NCBI GenBank assembly: GCA_002255585.1 | Contig: NCBJ01000005.1 | Span: 1,066 to 65,065, forward strand | Source: Parcubacteria group bacterium 21-54-25 | GTDB taxonomy: Bacteria; Patescibacteriota; Minisyncoccia; Phycocordibacterales; Phycocordibacteraceae | Direction: 5' to 3' | DNA length: 64,000 nucleotides | Shown: positions 27,271-37,466 of the stretch, piece after piece | Layout of the letters: each line of letters opens with the position of its first letter | Numbering within the stretch: the stretch's first letter is position 1 | Position numbers and translations under genes: made by a program | Notes under the pieces: model-generated | Databases searched by the model: none | What the model was told of the DNA's origin: nothing | The model's input: only the letters and a program-made list of their open reading frames with translations

Positions 27271-30200
27271 ATGAAGAAAAGCTCGCTTCTACTTCTATCT
27301 GTTCTCACTACGCGCACGGCTCGCATCGTCGCGCTATCCCTTTCTGTCTCCGCCATCGCCATGGGCGGATTTTTTATTAGCCAGGCGTATGCATCATCAA
27401 CAGTGAACGTTATAACGTTCGATAAACCCATTAGCGGAAGCTATGTGCGCGGTACAACTGCACTTGCTTGGCAGTTCACCCAGACGGTATTTTCCAGTAC
27501 GGCTAATCTGACATACTCAAGCAACTTCTCGTCTTGGCAGAATAATGTCATTGGATCATCGATCGCGACGACAACACTTAATTATGATTGGCCGACAGTA
27601 GACATTCCAAATGGCACATACGAAGTTCGTTTAGAGGATAGTCTAAATAATAGCGGTACTTCTGCAACGTTTAATATAGACAACACGCCCCCCACAACAA
27701 CGCTCGCGACAACGACGTCCCCAGACCCGACAACGGGTTGGTACAACAACACAAGCGGATACACGCCGCCCCAAATCACACTCACCTGCACCGACAACTT
27801 GAGCGGCTGCTTAGAAATTGTGCAGAATTGGTACAACGCGACCTCAAGTGCGCTTGTCGCGTCCGCGACAACAACTGGTGCGACTGCAACGATAGACCCG
27901 AGTTCCATCCCGCAAGGCGACAACATTCTGGTCTACTACTCAGAGGACAACGCGGTTGATAAACATGGTGTGCACAACGTCGAGAAAGCGCATCAGGCAG
28001 AGTTCAAAGTAGACACCCAAGCCCCAAGCATCTCTTCCTACACACTCAACGGCAAGGCCGCTGACGCCTATCTCAATCCGAATCTCCCCAACGCCTCAAC
28101 GACGATCACCCTTACCGCAAACGAGCCGGTTGATTGGTCTTCTATACAAATGGTCAACGCTAGTGGAAGCTCGGTAAAAACGTTTACCGTCAGCTCAACT
28201 TATGACGGGACGAATTCCGCAACGGTAACTTGGGATGGTAAGACTGCCACCAGCACTGCTTCTGAAGGTATATACACCATCAAGGCGCATATTATCGATC
28301 TACATGGGAATGATGTTAAAAATATTTCTCTCACACTGTACACCATTACGATTGACACAACGCCGCCAACCCTCACCCTTTCTTCTCCCGTGGCGAATAC
28401 CGTGTACGAGAGCAAAACGGCCAACGGTAACACAACAGCAAGCACGACCGCTCTTGATTTCACCGCCTCTGACGCCAACCCGCTCACGTACACTTATTCT
28501 ATTGACGGCCACGCGACCACGAGTCCAGCGACGGCTCAAAATGGCGTGCCTACGACCGCCGCTCTTTCCGGTTCCGGCCTCACCGACGGGCAGCACACAC
28601 TCGTCGTGACGGTGACCGATGGCGCGGGTAATAGCGTCTCCTCGGCGCCTGTCTCGTTTGTTTTTGACAACAACAAAACGCTCACCGTGAGCAATCAAGC
28701 AAGCGACAACGCCGACTTCAGCTCTATCGGCGCTGCGGTCGCGGCTTCTGACGCGGCAGGGCTCTCGGGCGAGGCAATCAGTGTCTATAAAGGCACTGGT
28801 TCGTACGCCGAAAACGTCACGCTTGATAACCCATTCACGCTTGAAAGTCAGAGCTCTTCTAACGAAGCAGTAATTAAGGGCACGGTAACGATTCCTTCCA
28901 CGGGAAGCGGTACCACCGTGCAGAACCTCTCATTTACGAACCCAGGTGCGAGCACGGCACTCGTTATTAGCGGCGCAAGTAATGTAAGGGTCGCTAGCAG
29001 TACGTTTAACGGTATCGGTACTGGTACTGCAACGGGGAACATTCAAGCAATAGACGTAAATAGTAGCGGAGGTACTTCAATGTCGGATATCACCATCTCT
29101 GGTAACACAATTACAAATGTTGGGAATAACAGCAACGGTAGTTCAAAAGGCATCTACATTGGCGACTCGACCGGCTCAAACACGATCTCGAACGTGACAA
29201 TTGATGGGAATCAAATCTCAAGCATAACTGCCGATAATTCGAACAAAGGCGCCTATGGTGTTCTGGTGAATCATGCAACTTCGGTCACGGGCGCAACAAC
29301 CGGACTACTCATTCAAGACAACACCATCTCGGGACTCAATGGCCTGTGGGCACACGCAATTGGTCTTGAAGGCAACACGCCGAGCGCAGTCGTGACAGGG
29401 AACATCATCAGTGGTCTCACTGATAACAAAGATGGTACCGACGACGTGGGTGTTATGTTGCAAGACGATGGTGGCGTGTCGACGGTCACTATATCTAAAA
29501 ACCAATTCGCGTCTGACATCATCGGCGTAGGAAACGCGACGACCACTTTGACCGCGACCACAACCGCTACGGGTAACTGGTGGGGGAGTATCCAAGGTCC
29601 GAAAACTTCTGCATACGCCACGATTAGTAATCCTTATGGAGATGGTGCTTCTGTGTACGGTCCGGTCTCTTATACACCGTGGTGCACCGACTCGTCATGT
29701 TCGTCGACTGGTAGCGCGCCAACGGCAGTTGTAACTAATCCTCCCCATAATCCAACAAATGTTACAAGTCCTCGTTTTACCGTTGGCTCCGCCACTTCTT
29801 CAGCCAGTACGGTTGTGTATTACAAATATCAGCTTGACGGGTATCCGTGGAGTGCAGCGACCTCAACGAGCGTTGCCATCGCAACATCAAGTCTTGCCGA
29901 CGGCTCACACACACTGAACGTCCTTGGCCGCGACCAGGCAGGCAACTGGCAAACGACGCCGACCACGTACACGTGGACGATTAATACGACAGCACCAGTC
30001 CTCAAGGAAGTCACACCAATTACGACACCGACCGCAAGCACGACGGTGTCGTACGTGTTCAACACAACCAAGCCAGGCAGCCTTGCTTACGCAGGCAGCT
30101 GCAACAACGGCTCGCTCAGAAGTGTGAGCGCCGAAGGTAACGCAACGACGACCTTTAGTTCGCTTTCTGATGGTCTGTACAACTCGTGCACCATTACCGA

Positions 30201-32265
30201 GACGGATAACGCAGGGAACACGAGTAACGTGCTTACTATCGCGCCCTTTATCATTGACACGACACCGCCTGTTATTAACGTGGGGCCGGCTATCATCGCG
30301 AGCACTACCGTAACCGAAAACGCAACCGCCACAGACGCGCTCTCGGGTGTCGCCTCCACCACATGGACGCAAGTAGCTGGCCCGGGCACGGTTACCTTCG
30401 GCTCGCTGCATGCGACAAGCACAACGCTTACGGCAAGCATCGACGGTCTCTACACGCTCCAACTTGCCGCAACCGACAAGGCGGGCAATACGAGCACGGC
30501 AACGCTGAGCTTCACCTGGGATACCGTACCCCCCACAATTACCGCTCCGGCAAACATCACGAAAGAGGCAACGGGATCTTTGACGCCGGTTACTCTTGGC
30601 ACGCCCACGGTCTCTGACAACCTATCTACCACAACCGGTTCAATAAAGGTTACGAATGACACGCCGTCTGCATTTCCGGTTGGTACCACGACGGTCACCT
30701 GGACGGCAACGGACGCGGCAGGCAACAGTGCGAGCACGACGCAGGAAGTGGGTATCATAGACACAATACCGCCAACTATCTCCGGCACACCTGCAAATAT
30801 TACTGCCGAGGCAACGTCATCTCTCGGTGCGTACGTGAGCTGGACGAGCCCGACCGCGACCGACGTCGTTGATGGAACCGATACGGTAAGCTGTCTTCCA
30901 GCATCTGGCTCGCAGTTCAATCTCGGCACGACGACCGTTTCTTGTAGCGCGACCGACCACGCGGGCAACACAGCGTCAACAACCTTTAAGGTGGCGGTGC
31001 GCGACACGACACCGCCCATCATCGCGTCGCACGCTGACATTACCGTCACGGCCGATCAGCTCGGCGGCAGTAAAGTGACGTACACCGCGCCTAACTCGAC
31101 CGACGCAGTTGATGGCACGGTGGCGGCAACGTGTGCACCGGCTTCCGGCACGCTCTTTCCGGTAAACGCGACCACGACCGTGACCTGCACCAAGACTGAC
31201 GCACACGGCAATGTCGCAACACCGACCACCTTCACGGTGACGGTCAATCCAGGTCCGCTCGTGCAGCTCGGTATTACCGCTGCGCCAACAAACCCCACCA
31301 CTGCAAATGCAAGCACCATTACCGTTAGCGGCCAAGACCAGTACGGCAACACGGTGCCGAGCGACAACTCAACAATCGCCGTTCTTTCCACCGATGGTGG
31401 CGGGACATTGGGCACGACGCTCTTGACGCTCGTGAACGGTGCGTCAACAACCGAGCTCACGAGCACACAGCCGGGCACCGTGCACGTGAACGCCGCAAGT
31501 AGCCCACTCACACCAGCACAAACGACCGTGACATTCACGGGCGCGACGGTGCCGGACACCACGCCGCCAATTATCTCAAGCATACAGTCAACAAACATTG
31601 GCACGAGCACAGTGACGATAACGTGGCTCACAAACGAGAACGCGACGTCCCAGGTGGAGTACGGTACGACGTCAGGCTACGGTACTTCAACTGCCGTCGA
31701 CTCGACACTCACCTCTTCCCACAGCGTGACGCTCACCGGCCTCACACCAAACACGACGTATCACTTCCGCGTTAAATCAGCCGACGCATCGAACAATCTC
31801 GCAACCTCGGTCGACAACACGTTCACGACGGCAGTCGACAACAATACTGCGGTACTCGCCGTAAACGGTATCGACGCGACAAAGACCTACGCCATCGCCG
31901 ACGACACCTTTGGCAATGGCTGGGCGTGGACCTTCCACGTGACCGTTCCGACGACTGAACAGTATCTCTCGATGAAGTTCAACGATTTCCTCGGTGCGCC
32001 AAGCGGCACTATTCCGGTCGCGGGTAACGTGCGTTTCTACTCACTGCAATCATCTGACGCAAACGCGACGACGAGCGCAATTACGATTGCCGGCCCCGGT
32101 GCCTACAGCGCGCCAATGCACCTCACGGGCGACCTGGCACCAGGCACGGCTGGACGACAGGTAGATATTGTGGTAGAAATGCGTGTGCCGACCGGCACTA
32201 CAGGGGGCTCCTACTCGACCAGCTATGGCATCCAATCGACCAGCACGCCGCCGGTAATTCCTTAA
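27271..32265 (+). CDS. Giant secreted surface protein (1664 aa): signal peptide, right-handed beta-helix repeats, three HYR domains, Big_2-like and Fn3 domains
   Basis: MKKSSLLLLSVL...AYASS signal; NVTIDGNQISSITADNSN beta-helix repeats; three ~80-aa D-x-T-PP-I / DxVDG / C-PASGSxF / TTTVTCTxTD HYR units (30531-31260); VEYGTTSGYG...TTYHFRV Fn3. Confidence 0.8.
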   Translation: MKKSSLLLLSVLTTRTARIVALSLSVSAIAMGGFFISQAYASSTVNVITFDKPISGSYVRGTTALAWQFTQTVFSSTANLTYSSNFSSWQNNVIGSSIATTTLNYDWPTVDIPNGTYEVRLEDSLNNSGTSATFNIDNTPPTTTLATTTSPDPTTGWYNNTSGYTPPQITLTCTDNLSGCLEIVQNWYNATSSALVASATTTGATATIDPSSIPQGDNILVYYSEDNAVDKHGVHNVEKAHQAEFKVDTQAPSISSYTLNGKAADAYLNPNLPNASTTITLTANEPVDWSSIQMVNASGSSVKTFTVSSTYDGTNSATVTWDGKTATSTASEGIYTIKAHIIDLHGNDVKNISLTLYTITIDTTPPTLTLSSPVANTVYESKTANGNTTASTTALDFTASDANPLTYTYSIDGHATTSPATAQNGVPTTAALSGSGLTDGQHTLVVTVTDGAGNSVSSAPVSFVFDNNKTLTVSNQASDNADFSSIGAAVAASDAAGLSGEAISVYKGTGSYAENVTLDNPFTLESQSSSNEAVIKGTVTIPSTGSGTTVQNLSFTNPGASTALVISGASNVRVASSTFNGIGTGTATGNIQAIDVNSSGGTSMSDITISGNTITNVGNNSNGSSKGIYIGDSTGSNTISNVTIDGNQISSITADNSNKGAYGVLVNHATSVTGATTGLLIQDNTISGLNGLWAHAIGLEGNTPSAVVTGNIISGLTDNKDGTDDVGVMLQDDGGVSTVTISKNQFASDIIGVGNATTTLTATTTATGNWWGSIQGPKTSAYATISNPYGDGASVYGPVSYTPWCTDSSCSSTGSAPTAVVTNPPHNPTNVTSPRFTVGSATSSASTVVYYKYQLDGYPWSAATSTSVAIATSSLADGSHTLNVLGRDQAGNWQTTPTTYTWTINTTAPVLKEVTPITTPTASTTVSYVFNTTKPGSLAYAGSCNNGSLRSVSAEGNATTTFSSLSDGLYNSCTITETDNAGNTSNVLTIAPFIIDTTPPVINVGPAIIASTTVTENATATDALSGVASTTWTQVAGPGTVTFGSLHATSTTLTASIDGLYTLQLAATDKAGNTSTATLSFTWDTVPPTITAPANITKEATGSLTPVTLGTPTVSDNLSTTTGSIKVTNDTPSAFPVGTTTVTWTATDAAGNSASTTQEVGIIDTIPPTISGTPANITAEATSSLGAYVSWTSPTATDVVDGTDTVSCLPASGSQFNLGTTTVSCSATDHAGNTASTTFKVAVRDTTPPIIASHADITVTADQLGGSKVTYTAPNSTDAVDGTVAATCAPASGTLFPVNATTTVTCTKTDAHGNVATPTTFTVTVNPGPLVQLGITAAPTNPTTANASTITVSGQDQYGNTVPSDNSTIAVLSTDGGGTLGTTLLTLVNGASTTELTSTQPGTVHVNAASSPLTPAQTTVTFTGATVPDTTPPIISSIQSTNIGTSTVTITWLTNENATSQVEYGTTSGYGTSTAVDSTLTSSHSVTLTGLTPNTTYHFRVKSADASNNLATSVDNTFTTAVDNNTAVLAVNGIDATKTYAIADDTFGNGWAWTFHVTVPTTEQYLSMKFNDFLGAPSGTIPVAGNVRFYSLQSSDANATTSAITIAGPGAYSAPMHLTGDLAPGTAGRQVDIVVEMRVPTGTTGGSYSTSYGIQSTSTPPVIP

Positions 32266-32272
32266 TAGATAT

Positions 32273-32914
32273 ATGAAAACACTCACTACACTCATCACGA
32301 GCGTTGCGTTTCTGGCGCTGGCAGCTCCGGCAATGGCGTCTACGGTGAGTGGAACGCTATCGACGGGTGTCTCGACGGGTATTTCAGGTATCGTGGACGC
32401 GGGTGTCTCTGCAAGCGTTCCGCCTGGAACGTATGCAAGTACGCAGAGCGTCGCGCTCTCGGCGAGCGGTTCTGACAACATCTACTACACGGTGGATGGT
32501 TCGTCACCAGCATGTGCTCCCACGACGGGAACGCTGTACGCTGGAGCGATTACCGTTTCTAGCTCAGAAACCATTCGCGCGGCTGCGTGTTTCGGCACCG
32601 TCGCGTCGCCAGTAGGCGTCTTCGCGTACGGCATTAATATTCCGACGCCCTCTTCTTCTGGGGGTGGAAGTAGCGGTGGCGGAGGAGGCGGTGGTGGGAG
32701 CAGTGGCGGCGGAAGCGTCATTACAACGCCGACAACTGCTACCACAACGCTTGTAGGCGACATTAATGGCGACGGGCAGGTGAACGTGCTGGACTTTAAC
32801 ACGCTCTTGGTGCAGTGGGGAGAGACAGGCAGCAACCTTTCTGCCGATCTCAACCACGATGGCGTTGTTGACGTGCTCGATTTCAATTTACTCATGGCTC
32901 ACTGGACAGCTTAA
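32273..32914 (+). CDS. Secreted protein with Fn3-like CHB_HEX_C-type domain, Gly/Ser linker and C-terminal dockerin module
   Basis: Signal MKTLTTLITSVAFLALAAPAMAS; NIYYTVDGSSPA; GGGSSGGGGGGGGSSGGGS; dockerin repeats DINGDGQVNVLDFNTLL and DLNHDGVVDVLDFNLLM. Confidence 0.7.
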   Translation: MKTLTTLITSVAFLALAAPAMASTVSGTLSTGVSTGISGIVDAGVSASVPPGTYASTQSVALSASGSDNIYYTVDGSSPACAPTTGTLYAGAITVSSSETIRAAACFGTVASPVGVFAYGINIPTPSSSGGGSSGGGGGGGGSSGGGSVITTPTTATTTLVGDINGDGQVNVLDFNTLLVQWGETGSNLSADLNHDGVVDVLDFNLLMAHWTA

Positions 32915-32920
32915 TTACTC

Positions 32921-33709
32921 ATGACTCGTATGAACCGAATATTCTCAGTAGGGGCGCTCGTGCTTTCCTTTGTATTACCAGCCGCCGCGTTTGCGGCGTC
33001 AGTCGGGCTTTCTCCGGCATCGGTTTCAGTGAAGCCGGGCGAGGTATTCACCGTAACAGTGCTTGCAAACCCTGCGGGTGCGCATGTGTACACGGTGCGC
33101 GCAAATATTTCTTTTAACCCGTCACTAGTGTCGGTAACCAACTTTGCGTTCGCACCGAAATGGATCCAGCTTACGCAACCTGGCTATGACGCGATCGACA
33201 ATACCAATGGTTCGCTCATAAAAACTGCCGGTTACCCAGGCGGAATCACGAACCCAACGGTGCTTGGCACTGCGACTTTCACCGCGAAGAAAGCGGGTAC
33301 GGCGGCTATTACGGCAACCAACCAGTCGCTCTTGCTTGATGCAAACGGTAAAAACGCGCTCTCTGGCACACAGGGTCTGGTGAGTGTGGTAGTAACTGTA
33401 CCGCCCACCCCCACACCAGCTCCGAAGCCAAAACAAACTGCCGCAACGACCCAGACGGCCTCGGTTGTGCGTGCTGTCGCGTTTGGTGCGACCGCAACGG
33501 CATCGGCGTCTGCCAGCACCACTGCAGCTTCCACTAGTGTGGCAACTGCCCCCGCCGCGACATCTGCGCCCGCCACAGCCGCGACCAGCAGCAGCACCTC
33601 CGGCGGAAGCTCGTCGCTACCTATTGTGATAGTCGTTATTGTTATTGCACTTCTCCTTGCTCTCTGGTGGATGAATAGCAAGCGCACTCCCAAAACCCCG
33701 TCCGCGTAA
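32921..33709 (+). CDS. Cell-surface anchored protein with N-terminal cohesin-like beta-sandwich domain, Thr/Ala-rich stalk and C-terminal TM anchor
   Basis: Signal peptide; GEVFTVTVLANPAGAHVYTVRANISFNPSLVSV...TATFTAKKAGTAAITA cohesin-like pattern; C-terminal LPIVIVVIVIALLLALWWMNSKR. Confidence 0.6.
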   Translation: MTRMNRIFSVGALVLSFVLPAAAFAASVGLSPASVSVKPGEVFTVTVLANPAGAHVYTVRANISFNPSLVSVTNFAFAPKWIQLTQPGYDAIDNTNGSLIKTAGYPGGITNPTVLGTATFTAKKAGTAAITATNQSLLLDANGKNALSGTQGLVSVVVTVPPTPTPAPKPKQTAATTQTASVVRAVAFGATATASASASTTAASTSVATAPAATSAPATAATSSSTSGGSSSLPIVIVVIVIALLLALWWMNSKRTPKTPSA

Positions 33710-33726
33710 GAAAACGGGTATGGAGT

Positions 33727-33760
33727 GAAAACCCCGCGCGCCCCTGGCGCGCGGGGTTTT
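33727..33760 (+). terminator. Intrinsic terminator before rpsL
   Basis: AAAACCCCGCGCGCC-cctg-GCGCGCGGGGTTTT. Confidence 0.65.
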
Positions 33761-33831
33761 CACGTGGTTGCGTTTCCGCGTCCATTCCTATATAGTGCTC
33801 CCAACCCCCGCGTGGGGATTTTACGTTCGAT

Positions 33832-34242
33832 ATGTCTACCATCAACCAACTTTCAAAGAAACATCGACAGAGTAAAACAAGGAAGAGCAAGGTCCCCGCG
33901 CTTTCGCGTGGCTTTAATGCGCTCAAGAACCGCCCAGCGTACTATGCGTCGCCCTTTAAGCGCGGTGTGTGCACTAAAGTCACCACGAAAACTCCTCGCA
34001 AACCAAACTCTGCTATTCGTAAAATCGCTCGCGTGCGTCTTACCAACGGCATGGAAGTAACGGCGTACATTCCGGGCGAGACACACAACCTGCAAGAGCA
34101 CTCGGTCGTACTTTTGCGCGGCGGTCGTGTGAAGGACATCGGCGTGCAGTACACAGTCGTGCGCGGGAAACTCGACGCTGCCGGTGTCGACAAGCGCCGC
34201 CGCGGGCGCTCGCGCTATGGTGCAAAGAAGCCACGCGAATAA
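33832..34242 (+). CDS. rpsL: 30S ribosomal protein S12
   Basis: [42 protein letters not shown]. Confidence 0.9.
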   Translation: MSTINQLSKKHRQSKTRKSKVPALSRGFNALKNRPAYYASPFKRGVCTKVTTKTPRKPNSAIRKIARVRLTNGMEVTAYIPGETHNLQEHSVVLLRGGRVKDIGVQYTVVRGKLDAAGVDKRRRGRSRYGAKKPRE

Positions 34243-34247
34243 TTTTT

Positions 34248-34712
34248 ATGCGACACCCAATTAAGAAACCGCGCACCTGGAAGCCAGACCTTACGTATGG
34301 GTCGGAGACACTGACGCGCTTCATAAACGCGGTCATGTTCGACGGTAAGAAAGACACTGCGCGCACCGTGGTCTATGCTGCGCTCGCACGCATAAAAAAA
34401 GATGAACTCGATCCACTTGAGACTTTTGAAACCGCAATTCGCAACATTTCGCCGTTGATGGAGGTGCGCTCGCGCCGTGTCGGTGGCGCAAACTACCAGG
34501 TGCCGCGCGAGGTACCCCAGCAGCGCCGTCTCGCGCTTGCGTTTCGTTGGCTCATCAATGCCGCGCGCTCGAAAAAAGGAAAGCCAATGGCAGAGAAACT
34601 CGCCGAGGAGATCATGCTTGCCGCCAAGAACGAGGGTGAAGCCGTGAAAAAGAAAGACGACATGCACCGCATGGCCGAAAGCAACAAAGCATTCGCCCAC
34701 TTTGCGTGGTAG
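34248..34712 (+). CDS. rpsG: 30S ribosomal protein S7
   Basis: FINAVMFDGKKDTARTVVY, VRSRRVGGANYQVP. Confidence 0.9.
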   Translation: MRHPIKKPRTWKPDLTYGSETLTRFINAVMFDGKKDTARTVVYAALARIKKDELDPLETFETAIRNISPLMEVRSRRVGGANYQVPREVPQQRRLALAFRWLINAARSKKGKPMAEKLAEEIMLAAKNEGEAVKKKDDMHRMAESNKAFAHFAW

Positions 34713-34729
34713 AACATCTGTAGGAAGAT

Positions 34730-34768
34730 GCAAACCACCCGCGCGCCACAGGCGCGCGGGTGGTTTGC
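34730..34768. repeat. Perfect 18-bp-stem hairpin between rpsG and PEBP gene
   Basis: GCAAACCACCCGCGCGCC-aca-GGCGCGCGGGTGGTTTGC, abuts TATACT 6 nt before ATG 34781. Confidence 0.7.
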
Positions 34769-34780
34769 TATACTGCGCCT

Positions 34781-35263
34781 ATGACACTCACCCTCGCCAG
34801 CACTGCGTTTGCTCACGCGGGACGTATTCCAAAGAAATATACGTGCGATGGCGAAAACGTGTCTCCACCGCTCACCATTTCGGGGGTGCCAAAGGGCACC
34901 GTGTCACTTGCGCTCACCATGGAGGATCCCGACATCCCACAGTTTGCAAAGGAGAAATTTGGCATTGATGTTTTTGACCACTGGACGCTCTTTACTATTC
35001 CGCCGAGCACAACTGAGATAGCTGAAGACGCTTCCTCGGTGGGGAAGGAGGGCGTCACTACGAGCGGGAAGACCGGCTACACCGGCCCGTGTCCGCCGCC
35101 CGATCACGAACCCAAAGAGCACCGCTACTTTTTCCGTCTCTATGCGCTTGATGCCGAGCTCTCGCTTGTCGATGGCGTGACCAAGGACCGCGTGCTTGCC
35201 GCTATAAAAGGGCACGTCCTTGCCACCACAGAGCTCATGGGTACCTACACCCGCGCAGTGTGA
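34781..35263 (+). CDS. YbhB/YbcL (PEBP/Raf-kinase-inhibitor-like) family protein
   Basis: KYTCDGENVSPPL...DPDIP...GYTGPCPP...HRYFFRLYALD PEBP signatures; GTG 34760 alternative start. Confidence 0.75.
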   Translation: MTLTLASTAFAHAGRIPKKYTCDGENVSPPLTISGVPKGTVSLALTMEDPDIPQFAKEKFGIDVFDHWTLFTIPPSTTEIAEDASSVGKEGVTTSGKTGYTGPCPPPDHEPKEHRYFFRLYALDAELSLVDGVTKDRVLAAIKGHVLATTELMGTYTRAV

Positions 35264-35422
35264 GGGACGTCAGACGTTCCTCCCTCATTTGCCTGTCCAC
35301 GTGTTTGTGCTGTGTACGAGAAACTGCGTACGTTTTATCCACACGACAGCGCCCCGGCGCGCCATTTGTGTGCTTTACTAAACTAAACATGTCTCCTTTA
35401 CACATGCGCTACTCATCGCAAC

Positions 35423-37168
35423 ATGTACTCGCAACAACTGCTTGATTACATTAGTGCACAACGAAAAGCGGGTGCCGAGCGCGGCGTTATAGTCGAGACA
35501 CTGCGTACTGCTGGGTGGAGTGAAAACGATATCAACGCCGCTCTCGTTGCAGAGGGGGTGCCAGCACCACCCGCACCGGTGCCAACGCTACCGCCCGAAC
35601 AAGCGCCAGCAGCAACCGCCGTGGGAGCGGGCTCTCCGACACCAGAGGCAAACACACATCGTTCGTGGGCGCGTCTACTTACCATAGGGGTTTCGGTGCT
35701 TGTTCTTGTTGTGCTGGTTGCAGGCGTTGCCTATGCTTATGTAGAGAAGATAGGACCGTTCTCAAGCCCTCCGTACACTGAAAACAATCTGTTCTCTGGA
35801 CTACTCACCAAGGCGGCACTCATACGCACATCCACGTATGAAGCATCCTCAACGCTTATCATGGAGCCGAGAGAGGCAGACGCGAAGCCGTTCACCTATC
35901 AGCCACCAAGCAAACAACTCATTGCAGAGTACACAAACGATGCGCAGCGCGCACAATCTGTGTCAAATATCCTTATGCAGCTTCAGTATGCAACACGCTA
36001 CCCAGCATCGTTACTACAGCTACAGAGACAGAACAACTCGCACCTCTACAATCCTGTATTTTCGATATCGATAAATGATCCCGTAACAAACAAACCCTAC
36101 GACTACACGCTTACTAACGGCGGTAAGAATTTTGCCCTGAGCGTTACGTTTCAAACGAGTGATGCGATACAGGCCATTCAGAGAGAATATGGATATTCAG
36201 CCACCAACACGCCCATTACGGGACAAACGGTCACGTTTACCAAAAATAGCCCCACATACTACTACCTCTCATCGACCCCTCCCAAACCGTTTTTTGTACA
36301 GATGCAAGATATGGCGAGCTACTTTCCTCCGCAATTAGCTGTCGCGTTTTCTTTAGGTGCCACAGTGGATTGGGCACACAGCGCAGACTGGAAATTCAAT
36401 CTTTCCGCATCGGGAGACTTTGGTGATCTCACGTATAAAGTTGGTGGAGATGCCCTAAAGAAAGATGGCGTGTACTACCTGCGCATCAACGACATTCCTG
36501 GCATAGTCGGCATGCTCGCCGACTACAAAGGAAAGTGGATTAAGTACGATCCAGCAACGGCGACGACAACAGCTACCGCATACCCCATTTCAGAATTGTC
36601 GAGCATTACATCCCAGCTCCCACAGGCGGAGAAAGACTACAAGAAGCAGCGGGCTGCCTATACCAAACTGCTGCTCATGGCGGCAAACATAGCTGACAGC
36701 GTGCACCTTATGCATTTCAAAACACCGCCTGTGGTCGACCACGTCAACGGCCGCACGCTCTATCGGTACGAGTTAGTACTCAATAAGGATGCGATAGTAC
36801 CGTTTTATACAAAACTGCTTGCCGCGGCAAAGCAAGACCCTGATCTTGCCAACGCGCCGTTCGTTACCGACACGGGCCTCATTAATTACCTGAAGAGTCC
36901 TGAGTTTGACAGCGTTTTTGCGTACTATAACGAGAATACCGCACTTACGTTGTGGGTTGACCCGCAAGGATTCCCCGCGCAGCTTAGTTACAGTATTCGC
37001 TTTGTACCGCCAGACACCGCCACCGCGCTGAAAGATAAACAAGCACGTCTCACGTTTACGTTGAACATGTCGCGCATTAATCAGCCAGTAACCATTCAGG
37101 CCCCGTCCGGAGCCAAGACCGTCGAGCAGCTTGTCGGGACAAGCACGCCTGGCGGCATAGGTCTATAG
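35423..37168 (+). CDS. Membrane protein: ~45-aa N-terminal LRTAGW module, Pro/Ala linker, one TM, ~480-aa extracytoplasmic domain
   Basis: MYSQQLLDYISAQRKAGAERGVIVETLRTAGWSENDINAALVAEGVPAPP paralogous to N-terminus of 51090 gene. Confidence 0.55.
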   Translation: MYSQQLLDYISAQRKAGAERGVIVETLRTAGWSENDINAALVAEGVPAPPAPVPTLPPEQAPAATAVGAGSPTPEANTHRSWARLLTIGVSVLVLVVLVAGVAYAYVEKIGPFSSPPYTENNLFSGLLTKAALIRTSTYEASSTLIMEPREADAKPFTYQPPSKQLIAEYTNDAQRAQSVSNILMQLQYATRYPASLLQLQRQNNSHLYNPVFSISINDPVTNKPYDYTLTNGGKNFALSVTFQTSDAIQAIQREYGYSATNTPITGQTVTFTKNSPTYYYLSSTPPKPFFVQMQDMASYFPPQLAVAFSLGATVDWAHSADWKFNLSASGDFGDLTYKVGGDALKKDGVYYLRINDIPGIVGMLADYKGKWIKYDPATATTTATAYPISELSSITSQLPQAEKDYKKQRAAYTKLLLMAANIADSVHLMHFKTPPVVDHVNGRTLYRYELVLNKDAIVPFYTKLLAAAKQDPDLANAPFVTDTGLINYLKSPEFDSVFAYYNENTALTLWVDPQGFPAQLSYSIRFVPPDTATALKDKQARLTFTLNMSRINQPVTIQAPSGAKTVEQLVGTSTPGGIGL

Positions 37169-37196
37169 AGAACGCGCGGTCCGTACGGACCGCGCG

Positions 37197-37466
37197 TCAA
37201 TGTATTGTTGGACTGTCCGATTGAAAATCGGGCTCTTCAAACCCAAGCGCTCGGAGCGAATCAGCGAGTATGTATTCGGTTTTTGATGCCCAAATGCTTC
37301 CATCGTCAAACATAATGAAATTCCAAGCGCACCCATCATCCTCGTCCAAAAAACAAACAAAGAAATAGCCACTCTCTTCGGGGAAGAGGTGACGAAACGC
37401 TTCGAACGCCCGCTCCTTCAACTGTGTGAAAGAGTAGATTTCGAGTACGAGTTTCTCCTCACTCAT
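37197..37466 (-). CDS. Small hypothetical protein (89 aa)
   Basis: GGGGGAG SD 6 nt before ATG 37466; ORF track starts at TTG 37472. Confidence 0.4.
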   Translation of the reverse strand: MSEEKLVLEIYSFTQLKERAFEAFRHLFPEESGYFFVCFLDEDDGCAWNFIMFDDGSIWASKTEYILADSLRALGFEEPDFQSDSPTIH

